From positions 1-64,000 of the IMG/VR virus record IMGVR_UViG_2869455143_000004: a stretch of 64,000 nucleotides of DNA; one strand, given 5' to 3'. Numbering within the stretch: position 1 is the first letter of the stretch; every line of letters begins with the position of its first letter. Under the pieces are notes generated by a model. It searched no databases. It was not told where the DNA came from and was given only the letters and a program-made list of their open reading frames with translations. Shown here piece after piece: positions 47,745 to 56,470 of this stretch. Position numbers and translations under genes: made by a program. The DNA is from a virus. Lineage: Duplodnaviria > Caudoviricetes.

Positions 47745-47951
47745 ATGGACATTAATTACGTATACAACACACTCGAAAATAACCCCGAAATGATAGGCCA
47801 ACGGGAAGGCTCTGCCGATTTTGTAACGTATGAGCCAGATGAATCTGAGGAAGGGGGAGTGTTCGTAGTCAATGATATGAAGGGAGGGATGGCACCGTTT
47901 GAGCCGTCTTTAGATGATTTGCTTGCTGATAACTGGGTGTGTCATGCGTAA
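47745..47951 (+). CDS. Small acidic protein with a DUF2829/Tad2-like C-terminus
   Basis: FEPSLDDLLADNW motif; start reassigned to 47745. Confidence 0.5.
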   Translation: MDINYVYNTLENNPEMIGQREGSADFVTYEPDESEEGGVFVVNDMKGGMAPFEPSLDDLLADNWVCHA

Positions 47952-48234
47952 ACACTACTACAACCTGTCATTTGTCGGAGAAAAGGGGCATTTCAGGAGT
48001 GCGGTACTCGCATTGGATTATGACGTAGTGACCATACCTGATATCAGTTTAGCCAAACAGTCATTGGACATGGATGAGTCCACTGGCCTGATCTCAGTAA
48101 GCTATCTTGGCCTCATGACTGAGAACGAATACTTTCATGGGCTGGGGAAAGGTAGGGTATGGCGTAGATGGCTAAACGTCGCTGCATGGTTCGTACCGTT
48201 CCTGGTATTAGGTCTGGTGCTATTACTACAGTGA
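47944..48234 (+). CDS. Hypothetical protein with C-terminal membrane anchor
   Basis: Coupled ORF; hydrophobic tail; terminator at about 48245-48270. Confidence 0.65.
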   Translation: MRKHYYNLSFVGEKGHFRSAVLALDYDVVTIPDISLAKQSLDMDESTGLISVSYLGLMTENEYFHGLGKGRVWRRWLNVAAWFVPFLVLGLVLLLQ

Positions 48235-48359
48235 TATGCGCATTAAGGGCTGCAGTGCGGCCCTTTTTTATGTCCGTTATCAATAGACTATTAGGAAATT
48301 ACAGATTATTATTCGCCTTGTTAAATACCATAAATTCTAACAAGGAATCTTAGAGAAAA

Positions 48360-49661
48360 ATGTCTAATGCCGCAGAACAACTCACCACTCCTACCCGCAT
48401 CACCGATGAGGTTCTTCACCTTTCCTTTGTCGGCGTCTATAACCAACTGAATCTGACATTACGCCGTATCAGCGGTGACGACCTCGACCGGCGCGCGCTG
48501 GAAACCAGTATAAGCATGATCGAGCAGCTGCAGAGTGACGTTAATACGCGCCTGGATGATGAAACCAACGACTGTAACGCACTCATTGAACAGCTTGAGA
48601 CAACGAAAAACCAACTACTGGAGATGAACCTGTACAAAGTAGGTGTGCAGGAAGAGGCACAGGCGAAAGAAGACGAGCTGGAAGGGTTACGTCATGACGC
48701 CAAAATGAAGGCGCTTGAGCTGGAAAACTCAATTATTAATTTGCAGAGCCAGATTGAGTCATCAGCACAGGAATTAACAACGATGCAGCTGGCCTACAAT
48801 TCATTGAAAGCGTCCTTTGATACCTATAAGCGCTTACATCCTGAATCTCTTCTCCGTGAGCGTGACGATCTGACAAAGCAAGTCTCCAGGTTGCGAGCAG
48901 AGCGCAAAGACACAAATAAGAGACTTCAAACCATGCAGGGCAAGCTCAATATCGCCGATAAAGAGGTCGCTACAGCCCGTTCGAACCTGATCACCAAACG
49001 TCAGGATTTGGACCGGCTTAATGCTTTGTACGAGAACCTTAGAAAGCGGGTGGATTTTCACGACGGTCGCGAACAAGTGAAACTTCATACTGTCGTTACT
49101 GAGCAAGGGACTGAGCTTAACCTGTATATCTACAACTTCCACTTTGGGTTATTGGCGCGCAATAGCTACATTAAGGGGCATGTGATTGAGCTGGCTGATT
49201 TCCATTTCCAGATCCGCACAGCCATGTTGGTAGCGATGGACGTGGTGCCTGGTGTGTGGGGCAATCCGATTTACGAACGTCTGAGCGTATTTAAAAATGC
49301 CTGGAACCCAGCGATAGACGAAGAATTACACCAGCGGATCATGACCCGGTTAGAAATGGACTTCCCGAAAATCCACAAGCGCGCGCTGGATGCTATCGCA
49401 GCTGGCATTGATGAGTTGACGTTACCGGCTAAAGTGCTCTCTACCCTGAAATGTGCGGGATTTAAGAACGTTCAAGCCATTGCATCCGTGTTACCTTTTG
49501 AGCTGGTGGATATTAAGGGGATTGGAGAGCAGACCGCTACGGAAATCACTAACGCGATAAACAGCTGGGCTATACGCTGGGCGCGCGAGAACGGCGACAT
49601 TGAAGCGTATAAATCGAATGTGATCAGCAGCGCTAAACCAGTAAAAAACAAACGTAAATAA
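48360..49661 (+). CDS. 25: P1 gp25-like coiled-coil protein with a C-terminal HhH/alphaCTD-like domain
   Basis: Long heptad region; ends W..ENG as in gp25. Confidence 0.65.
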   Translation: MSNAAEQLTTPTRITDEVLHLSFVGVYNQLNLTLRRISGDDLDRRALETSISMIEQLQSDVNTRLDDETNDCNALIEQLETTKNQLLEMNLYKVGVQEEAQAKEDELEGLRHDAKMKALELENSIINLQSQIESSAQELTTMQLAYNSLKASFDTYKRLHPESLLRERDDLTKQVSRLRAERKDTNKRLQTMQGKLNIADKEVATARSNLITKRQDLDRLNALYENLRKRVDFHDGREQVKLHTVVTEQGTELNLYIYNFHFGLLARNSYIKGHVIELADFHFQIRTAMLVAMDVVPGVWGNPIYERLSVFKNAWNPAIDEELHQRIMTRLEMDFPKIHKRALDAIAAGIDELTLPAKVLSTLKCAGFKNVQAIASVLPFELVDIKGIGEQTATEITNAINSWAIRWARENGDIEAYKSNVISSAKPVKNKRK

Positions 49662-49668
49662 ATTAAAT

Positions 49669-49710
49669 CCTTAGAATTAGCTTGATAATAAATGGAGCTG
49701 TACGTAAAGT
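49669..49710 (+). promoter_or_regulatory. Candidate operator plus sigma70 promoter
   Basis: CCTTAGAATTA (49669-49679) then TTGATA-17 bp-TAAAGT. Confidence 0.65.
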
Positions 49711-49716
49711 ACGAGG

Positions 49717-49776
49717 CGACATTACGACATTAATTCCTTTGCAAACGGGCTGACCATTTAATCAGCCCTTTTTTTT
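49717..49776 (+). ncRNA. Candidate ~60-nt sRNA complementary to the lpa ribosome-binding site
   Basis: Promoter, terminator GGGCTGA-8 nt-TCAGCCC-T8, and 15-bp pairing to 49873-49891. Confidence 0.45.
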
Positions 49777-49848
49777 ATCCATTTTTCTCCAAAACGTATC
49801 AGGCGCACTCAAAATTTGAGGGTACGTGATTACCTATGCTTATATTTT

Positions 49849-49859
49849 CCTTAGAATTA
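49849..49859. promoter_or_regulatory. Candidate C1 operator upstream of lpa
   Basis: CCTTAGAATTA; contains a TAGAAT -10-like hexamer. Confidence 0.65.
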
Positions 49860-49886
49860 ACGGTAATGTTAAGCGGAGGAAATGGA

Positions 49887-50297
49887 ATGTCTGAACGTAT
49901 AACCAGTGTCGAAGTAGCCGCAGTTATGCTGAAGTGCGGTCGTTACATGACGATTTCTGAAATCATGGCGGCACTCACCGAAGCCTATCCCGAGCTTGAG
50001 AACGGGCATACATCAGTCACGAACATCGTGCGTACCTTCATGAAATCCCCGTCTGCCAGCTGCTTCTCTTTCCCCGGCGCATATCCTCGCATGTATCTGC
50101 TTACGTCGGTTTCAGGTTATCTATTCAAGATCAGAGGTAACAGGCAGGTTTGCTACGACGATTTGCCGTTTCATAGTGGGAGTAAGAAGGATCTGGAGTT
50201 AGAGAATAAAAAAAGCCAGGAGGTTTCCCGGCTGGCTTTTAACTTATTCAACAGCATTTGCCGTGAGCGGATCGCATCAGGTATTACTATCGTCTGA
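49887..50297 (+). CDS. lpa: Late promoter activator Lpa
   Basis: RITS.E.A..M......EI...L...YP.L similarity to P1 Lpa; GGAGG RBS. Confidence 0.75.
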   Translation: MSERITSVEVAAVMLKCGRYMTISEIMAALTEAYPELENGHTSVTNIVRTFMKSPSASCFSFPGAYPRMYLLTSVSGYLFKIRGNRQVCYDDLPFHSGSKKDLELENKKSQEVSRLAFNLFNSICRERIASGITIV

Positions 50298-50768
50298 AGG
50301 ACGGCTAAGCCTTGCTATTGGGCGTGATACACGTTCACTCTCCACCTGGTAGGGCTTAGTGCCAGGAGTGCTGCTTTCCACTGGTTTAACAGACGTTGCA
50401 TCATTCGGTAGTGGAGCTGGCTCAGACACCTTGCCCGGTACCAAAGCCTCAGACTCAACTGGGGCAGCTTGTCTGTTTTGTTTCTTTGGCTGGTGGTCAG
50501 CCGCAACCATTCCCATCAATGACATAGCCATACTGATAAAGCGCTCAGCGCGTTCGCTTTCCGGCAATGCCATCAGATCCTGACGTTCCATTAGTGCAAC
50601 CAGAGCGCCCAGCCCCATTTTCTCCAGTGCATAACCGTAACGCAGACAATCCAGCATCAGCCGACGTTTAGCGGCGTTACTCTGCAGACCGTTGTATTCA
50701 TTTGCCAGCGCGTCAGTTAAGGGGCTGTACTCAGCCAGCCCGGTAATCTTGATGGTTTGTTTTGTCAT
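50277..50768 (-). CDS. parR: ParR/StbB-like centromere adaptor
   Basis: Coupled downstream of parM; folded N-terminus and low-complexity tail. Confidence 0.6.
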   Translation of the reverse strand: MTKQTIKITGLAEYSPLTDALANEYNGLQSNAAKRRLMLDCLRYGYALEKMGLGALVALMERQDLMALPESERAERFISMAMSLMGMVAADHQPKKQNRQAAPVESEALVPGKVSEPAPLPNDATSVKPVESSTPGTKPYQVESERVSRPIARLSRPSDDSNT

Positions 50769-51847
50769 TAATTCCGCTCGCTAAGTTCAGCCAGTATCTC
50801 GTCACGCACTGGGTCAAGTGCGAAGTAAACGCCGCGTACAATGCTTGTTTCCGGGTATTCAGGAATGAATACCAAATCATGCCAGTCGGCGGTGTAATCA
50901 GGCATGCCATGTAGACGACCACCAATATAGTTTGCACCACCGCCTACCAGCAATAGTGCATCAATATCCAGCATGTTTCTGTGAACCTTGCGAATATCAG
51001 CGCGGATAATCTCAGCCAGTTCACTGGCGGCCTGACTGATAACGCCAGATACATCAATGCGCTTGCTGCGAGCTGCTTCCAGGCGCGAACCAATGAACCC
51101 CTGACGAATTATCGTATCAATGCTCTCGATGTTAAGGCTCTTGGCGTTGATATTTTTCCCGCTGGTGGCCTCAAACTCCTGCAGTAGAGCATAAACGCGC
51201 TCAATCATGCGATGAATACCGTTCTCAGTCGTTCGACGGCTAATAACCTGCAGGTCTTTATCCACCACAGCCATGTCACAGGTGAAGCGCCCTAAATCAA
51301 CGACCAGGATGCTTTCTGCTTCTAACAAATCTGGAAAGTCAGACTGGGCAGAAATCACGGCAGGAACAGCTTCAGGGAATACCTCAACATGTGCGATACG
51401 GGCTGGCTGAATATCGGCGCTGTAATTGCGAACGGGTATCAAAAGGTTGTCGGCTTTAGCCTTGGTACGGACGCGATCAATCTTACCAATGTCAGAGTAG
51501 AACTGGTTCACCGGTAGTGTTTCCGCAAGTATCACGTCAGCACCGTCAAGACCGGCACGAACAAGGGCTTCATTAACTAATACACGATGTGCTGCACTTA
51601 CCTGATAGTCAGGGTCGCAGGTATCAACCAGGTCCGTCCCTTTGTTAACGACAACATAGCTGCGCTCACGACCATCATCGGTGGTTAACCATGAGGATGA
51701 TGTTTCACTGGCTAACGTTTGCTGGCTACCTGAGCGAATCAGGGACGGAGTTACATAAGTCTCCATCTTGCCATCACGTTCAAAGGTCAGGGCCACATTG
51801 CCGGAGCCTGCATCCACTGCAACAAAAACGTAGTTTTTCTTACTCAT
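50768..51847 (-). CDS. parM: ParM/StbA actin-like segregation ATPase
   Basis: VDAGSG, FPEA, VDLGRFTCD, LVGGGA actin-fold motifs. Confidence 0.9.
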   Translation of the reverse strand: MSKKNYVFVAVDAGSGNVALTFERDGKMETYVTPSLIRSGSQQTLASETSSSWLTTDDGRERSYVVVNKGTDLVDTCDPDYQVSAAHRVLVNEALVRAGLDGADVILAETLPVNQFYSDIGKIDRVRTKAKADNLLIPVRNYSADIQPARIAHVEVFPEAVPAVISAQSDFPDLLEAESILVVDLGRFTCDMAVVDKDLQVISRRTTENGIHRMIERVYALLQEFEATSGKNINAKSLNIESIDTIIRQGFIGSRLEAARSKRIDVSGVISQAASELAEIIRADIRKVHRNMLDIDALLLVGGGANYIGGRLHGMPDYTADWHDLVFIPEYPETSIVRGVYFALDPVRDEILAELSERN

Positions 51848-51983
51848 ATCCTAATTCCTATTAGCTAATTTCAAAGTAATAAATCGCAATGGGAATGTAC
51901 CATAAAGACTTAAAAAGTCCATATTCAAAGAACTATTTAGCAACCATATGGGCAATAAATGTGCTTATTAAAAGGACAGATAA

Positions 51984-52054
51984 TGATCAATAAGCAGGGG
52001 GAAGCCTAAGTGATCAAATAAGTGATCAAAAAAAAGTGATCATTTGCGTGATCA
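51984..52054. other. Candidate pac hexamer cluster
   Basis: Five TGATCA at 51984, 52011, 52023, 52037 and 52049; more TGATC at 52284, 52296, 52436 and 52463. Confidence 0.65.
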
Positions 52055-52057
52055 CTC

Positions 52058-52079
52058 TAAAAACCAGACCGCCTATCCT
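52058..52079 (+). promoter_or_regulatory. Late promoter for pacAB
   Basis: TAAAAACCA-GACCGCC-TATCCT. Confidence 0.65.
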
Positions 52080-52110
52080 CGCGGCAGTGTGGTTTTTGGC
52101 GGTAGGCGTA

Positions 52111-53340
52111 ATGGCAAAGATTGACTGGGATTGGCACAGGGAAAATTATAAAAAACATAAACTTGAGTCAGGCGTGACTTACAAGGAGTATGCCGAATTC
52201 CATTCCTTAAACCCGAATACCGCACGTCGCGAACTGAGCAAAAAGACGGATGAAGAGGGGCTGGCGCCCACGCTGTCGGCGCGTGATCAGGCAGATGATC
52301 TAACCATCAGAAGGAAGGGAAGAAAACTCAAGCACAGCAGTGCCTTAGAGGAAATTACAGGAGAGAGTGAACCCGGCGAAACACGCGCAGGCACGAAAAA
52401 TAAAAAAAATAATTCCAAAGGCACACGCGCCAAAATGATCAAACCAGTGCATGAGGGGGAAGTGATCCCACATGTACCGAAACAACGAGGTAAGGGTAAG
52501 CAATTCGAAACCGGTAATGAGGTGAATGTTGTCGCGAATACCAGAGGGAAGCCCCGCGAGGTTGATCGTGATGCTGCTGTCTCATTGTTGGAAGCTGGCC
52601 TGGAAGAATGCGAGGCGTCCACAGTTAAAACAGCCGTCGAGCATATGCAACTGTTGTCGCGAACCACCGCCAGGGCGGTAGAGCTATTCGAAACAGAAAT
52701 AGCCAACATGAATACCCCACGAGAAAAGGGTGACAAGGAGGGCGATGACGATGCACCGTCCGGGCCACACCCGCTGTTAAAGCTGACAAAACTCCTGATT
52801 GAAGTCGGCTACAGGATGGATGACCACGCTACCCGTATCAGTTCTATCCGTTCCTCACGAGAAAAGCTCAAGATTGACCGTGAAAAGCTGGGCGCAAAAG
52901 CGACCGAGGCACAGGTTATTGCCACCGCCTACCAGCTGCGTGATGAAAACGACTGGGATATAGCAGAAACCGCTGAGTATATCGAGCGTCACGGGGTAAA
53001 ACTGCCGGACTCCATTGCCTTGAGGCTGGCTAAGGAGATCAAGGAAGCAGAACCGCCAGTAAGTGACGCCGGTGCTGTTGATGATGACCAGCTGGAAGAA
53101 GAGGCCCGTAAATATCGCGAAGCGCAGGCCGGTAAAGAAGCCTTCCTGAAAGAGCGCCGGGAAACCGTCGCCAGGATTGTAGACGAGGGCGGGTATGGCG
53201 ATACGAACCATGACGGCATCCGGCGCGAAGGGGAGTTAGACCCGGATGAAGAGGGGTTAGATCTCGATTACGAGGCGACCCGCGAGTTATACGGCGAAGG
53301 CGATGAAATCGCGATAGCGCCCCCGGATGAGGACGAATAA
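52111..53340 (+). CDS. pacA: Terminase small subunit PacA
   Basis: W..H..N...YA....LNPNTARR; V..GGYGD; start reassigned to 52111. Confidence 0.88.
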   Translation: MAKIDWDWHRENYKKHKLESGVTYKEYAEFHSLNPNTARRELSKKTDEEGLAPTLSARDQADDLTIRRKGRKLKHSSALEEITGESEPGETRAGTKNKKNNSKGTRAKMIKPVHEGEVIPHVPKQRGKGKQFETGNEVNVVANTRGKPREVDRDAAVSLLEAGLEECEASTVKTAVEHMQLLSRTTARAVELFETEIANMNTPREKGDKEGDDDAPSGPHPLLKLTKLLIEVGYRMDDHATRISSIRSSREKLKIDREKLGAKATEAQVIATAYQLRDENDWDIAETAEYIERHGVKLPDSIALRLAKEIKEAEPPVSDAGAVDDDQLEEEARKYREAQAGKEAFLKERRETVARIVDEGGYGDTNHDGIRREGELDPDEEGLDLDYEATRELYGEGDEIAIAPPDEDE

Positions 53341-54851
53341 TGGCATCCGGGAAGAAGAAAATAAAATGCGTAACCTCTGATCCGCGCTGGCGTGACATGG
53401 CTATCCGCTATCGTCATGACTGGGGATTAGCGGTCGTTGAATTGTTCGGAATGCAACCGAGCTGGCAGCAGGATGAAATACTGCAGTCGGTTCAGCAGAT
53501 AAAGAGCATGACGACCGTTACATCGGGGCATGGTACCGGTAAGTCATCCCTGACAGCTATGATGCTGATGATTTACATGATTCTGTACCCGGATGCGCGC
53601 GTCGTTATCATCGCGAACAAAATTGCGCAGGTAAAATCTGGCGTCTTCAAGTACGTAAAAACCTTTTGGGCCAACGCCGTAAAACGTCACCCGTGGCTGC
53701 AGAACCACTTTGTTTTAACCGACACCATGTTTTATGAAAGAAGCCGGAAAGGTGTGTGGGAAGTTCTCTGTAAAGGCTATCGCCTGGGTAATGAGGAAGG
53801 GCTGGCAGGGGAGCACTCCAAACACTTACTGATAATTCTGGATGAAGCGTCCGGTATCTCTGATAAGGCTATCGGCATCCTTACCGGCGCGCTGACGGAA
53901 GCTGATAACCGCATGCTCATGCTTTCCCAGCCGACGCGCCCGTCTGGTTACTTCTACGACTCTCATCACAGCCTGGCGAAGACTGAACATAACCCTAAAG
54001 GGATCTGGACGTCGATTGTCCTCAACTCTGAAGAATCACCGTTTGTAACTGACGACTTTATTGTCATGAAGCTGGCGGAATATGGCGGTCGTGACAGCAT
54101 GGAGTACAAAATCAAGGTACTGGGCCAGTTCCCGTCCGTGATTGATGGCTTCCTGTTGGGCCGCGATGCCTGTGAGCGCGCCCAGCGTCGTAAAGTGTAC
54201 CTTGAGAAAAACTGGGGCTGGGTGGCGCTTGCTGACGTCGGGAACGGTCGAGACAAATCCGTCCTGAACATTATGAAGGTAAGCGGCTATCGTGAGAAAC
54301 GTCGGTTCGTTCCGTTCGTTGTGCTTGAAATGCCGGGTACCATGAACCCTACAGAGTTCGGTGACTTTATTGCGAACGAATGTACTCAGGAGCGGTTCCC
54401 CAATATCACTATAGGCGTGGATAGTGACGGCGTAGGCTCAGCTACCGCCGACCAGCTGGAGCGCAGGGGAGTTAACGTCGTCCGTATCCGCTGGGGTAAG
54501 CCTATGTTCGCCAAAACAGATAAGGACCGATTTGTAAGCCAGAGAGCCTATGCCAACATAGCAGCTCGTGACGCCATACAGACAGGCCGGATGAGGCTGG
54601 ATTCGTCGCCTAAAACAGCAGAACAGGCCTCTAAAATACCCTGGAAGATAAACGAGGATGGGCGTGTTGCGATGATGAAAAAGGACTACATGCGGCAGAA
54701 GATGAATATCAAGTCACCTGACCGTTGGGATACGTACTGTTTTTCAACGCTGATATCGTATCGCCCTGCTAATGATGACCTGGGTGGAGACATGGAAGAA
54801 ACCCGCGCAGATGCACTGGCAGAACTGTCGAAATATGATGATGTGATTTAA
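53340..54851 (+). CDS. pacB: Terminase large subunit PacB
   Basis: SGHGTGKS Walker A, IILDEASG Walker B, nuclease DVG and SPDRWD. Confidence 0.95.
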   Translation: MASGKKKIKCVTSDPRWRDMAIRYRHDWGLAVVELFGMQPSWQQDEILQSVQQIKSMTTVTSGHGTGKSSLTAMMLMIYMILYPDARVVIIANKIAQVKSGVFKYVKTFWANAVKRHPWLQNHFVLTDTMFYERSRKGVWEVLCKGYRLGNEEGLAGEHSKHLLIILDEASGISDKAIGILTGALTEADNRMLMLSQPTRPSGYFYDSHHSLAKTEHNPKGIWTSIVLNSEESPFVTDDFIVMKLAEYGGRDSMEYKIKVLGQFPSVIDGFLLGRDACERAQRRKVYLEKNWGWVALADVGNGRDKSVLNIMKVSGYREKRRFVPFVVLEMPGTMNPTEFGDFIANECTQERFPNITIGVDSDGVGSATADQLERRGVNVVRIRWGKPMFAKTDKDRFVSQRAYANIAARDAIQTGRMRLDSSPKTAEQASKIPWKINEDGRVAMMKKDYMRQKMNIKSPDRWDTYCFSTLISYRPANDDLGGDMEETRADALAELSKYDDVI

Positions 54852-54879
54852 GGAGGGGGCTGGTGGCCCCCTGCCAATT

Positions 54880-55914
54880 TCAATCTTTCTTAATCAGAAT
54901 GTTAAAATTCTTACCGCGTCGGCTGCGTGTATCTCCAAACATGGAACGCAGCTCTGAGATAGAAAGAATATTGTTATTATCGGTCGCAAATTTTCGCTCA
55001 AGTAATTTCCGATCCTCTTCTGTAAGCAATTCGAGCTTACGCCTACCCGCCTCTATTGAGCGGTTAGCTTTTTCTATTTCAGCCTCTGTTTTAGCCTTTG
55101 CCAGCTTAGTTTTAGCCCGTCTTTCAAAGTGGGTAATACGGCTTAAAATTGATTGCTCAACGATAGTTTTTTGCGCAGCCTTAGCCTCTGCAATCTCTAT
55201 TTGATCAATGCCGTAAATATCCCCAACCGTAAATATTGAGCATTTCAATGGTTTTATAAGACTATACTTATTGAAATATTCTGTTTTAGGCTCTGTTGAT
55301 ATTTTTATGTCGTCCTTTGTCCATTGCGGGTGATAAATCATGACGCCATGAGTCCCGCAACGTGCGCGCGTACTCTCGTTTTCACCTTTAAAAACAACAT
55401 CTAAGACAGTATCCTGATACCCACTAACACGGTGTCGGAACTTGTGTCCTTCGGGGTATGCTTCAAATGTTTCCATTTCCTCAGTGAGCGCTTTAACGGC
55501 TTCATTTGTATGAGGAAACTTTCTAAGTTTCTTTATTTGCTTTTCATATCTATTAAGCAAATCCTCGCGTGTATGAGTGCATGTTGTTGCAGCATTAAAA
55601 AAACCAATAGCTACGGACACTGGTTCAATTATTAACATTGGAACCGGTGAATATATAGCTGTCGATATGGCTATGCTTTTGTTTTTCTTCATCTCAGTAG
55701 CAAGTTCAGCAAACTTTTTCCACCGAATTTGTAAATCAACAGCTTTATTAAAAATAGCCTCATCGTTTGAAAATGCGATAGGACGAATCTTCTCGTCTTT
55801 GGCATTTCTGCTGTGACAGATGGCGAGTGAATCAACCAGTTGCATCCAGTCTTTTTTGGTCTGCAAAAACAACTTGTACTGCTGCTCAAACATCACGTCA
55901 TTAAACGCTGGCAT
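54880..55914 (-). CDS. c1: C1-like immunity repressor with a longer C-terminus
   Basis: SPVP.L and YPE..KFR.RV.G similarity to P1 C1; convergent with pacB. Confidence 0.75.
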   Translation of the reverse strand: MPAFNDVMFEQQYKLFLQTKKDWMQLVDSLAICHSRNAKDEKIRPIAFSNDEAIFNKAVDLQIRWKKFAELATEMKKNKSIAISTAIYSPVPMLIIEPVSVAIGFFNAATTCTHTREDLLNRYEKQIKKLRKFPHTNEAVKALTEEMETFEAYPEGHKFRHRVSGYQDTVLDVVFKGENESTRARCGTHGVMIYHPQWTKDDIKISTEPKTEYFNKYSLIKPLKCSIFTVGDIYGIDQIEIAEAKAAQKTIVEQSILSRITHFERRAKTKLAKAKTEAEIEKANRSIEAGRRKLELLTEEDRKLLERKFATDNNNILSISELRSMFGDTRSRRGKNFNILIKKD

Positions 55915-56260
55915 TGTGTGATTGTCCTTTTGGTTGTACTAACACGTTCTTACCCACTTGCTACCCACATTGAAAGTAATCAACGAACACGATAAAGCCT
56001 TAGAAAGACAGCGATCTCAATAAAGCCATGCTTCCAGCACCTTATGTGTCACGTCGTCTGGCAGGTGATCACGCAAAATGATCACCAATCTGAGGTAACG
56101 ACGACCAGGTAACACAATGACCGACCTGAATCCCATCGCCCTCATCCTGAGTTAGCTCATTCATGTGGCCTGTCATGGGTACATACTAAAGCAAACCTTT
56201 CCCTTTATATATACTTTTGATTCTAAGCTCACTCACGTTTGAGCCAAAATAGGCAAAAAA

Positions 56261-56294
56261 ATAACTATAGATAATGGGGGTTATATAAAGTTAC
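56261..56294. other. lox/rox-like recombination site
   Basis: ATAACTATAGATA-ATGGGGGT-TATATAAAGTTAC; 13-8-13 geometry, 176 bp upstream of the recombinase. Confidence 0.8.
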
Positions 56295-56470
56295 GTGCTA
56301 TGATCAGTTTAACGGGTTATCTTGGTGATCATTTTAGAGGCCTGTGAAAGATTGGGACCATTGGCGTTGCTGGTGGCCTTATTTTTTACGTAGCACGTCG
56401 TTTCTTAGAAAGTATGTATTTTGCATGAGGCCGTTTCACACGGTTCTCACGTTATCAAGGAGGTCATAAC

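Noticed and set aside
56030-56176. Short minus-strand ORFs as coi/imc homologues
   Set aside because: 35-42 aa, weak RBS and no recognisable similarity
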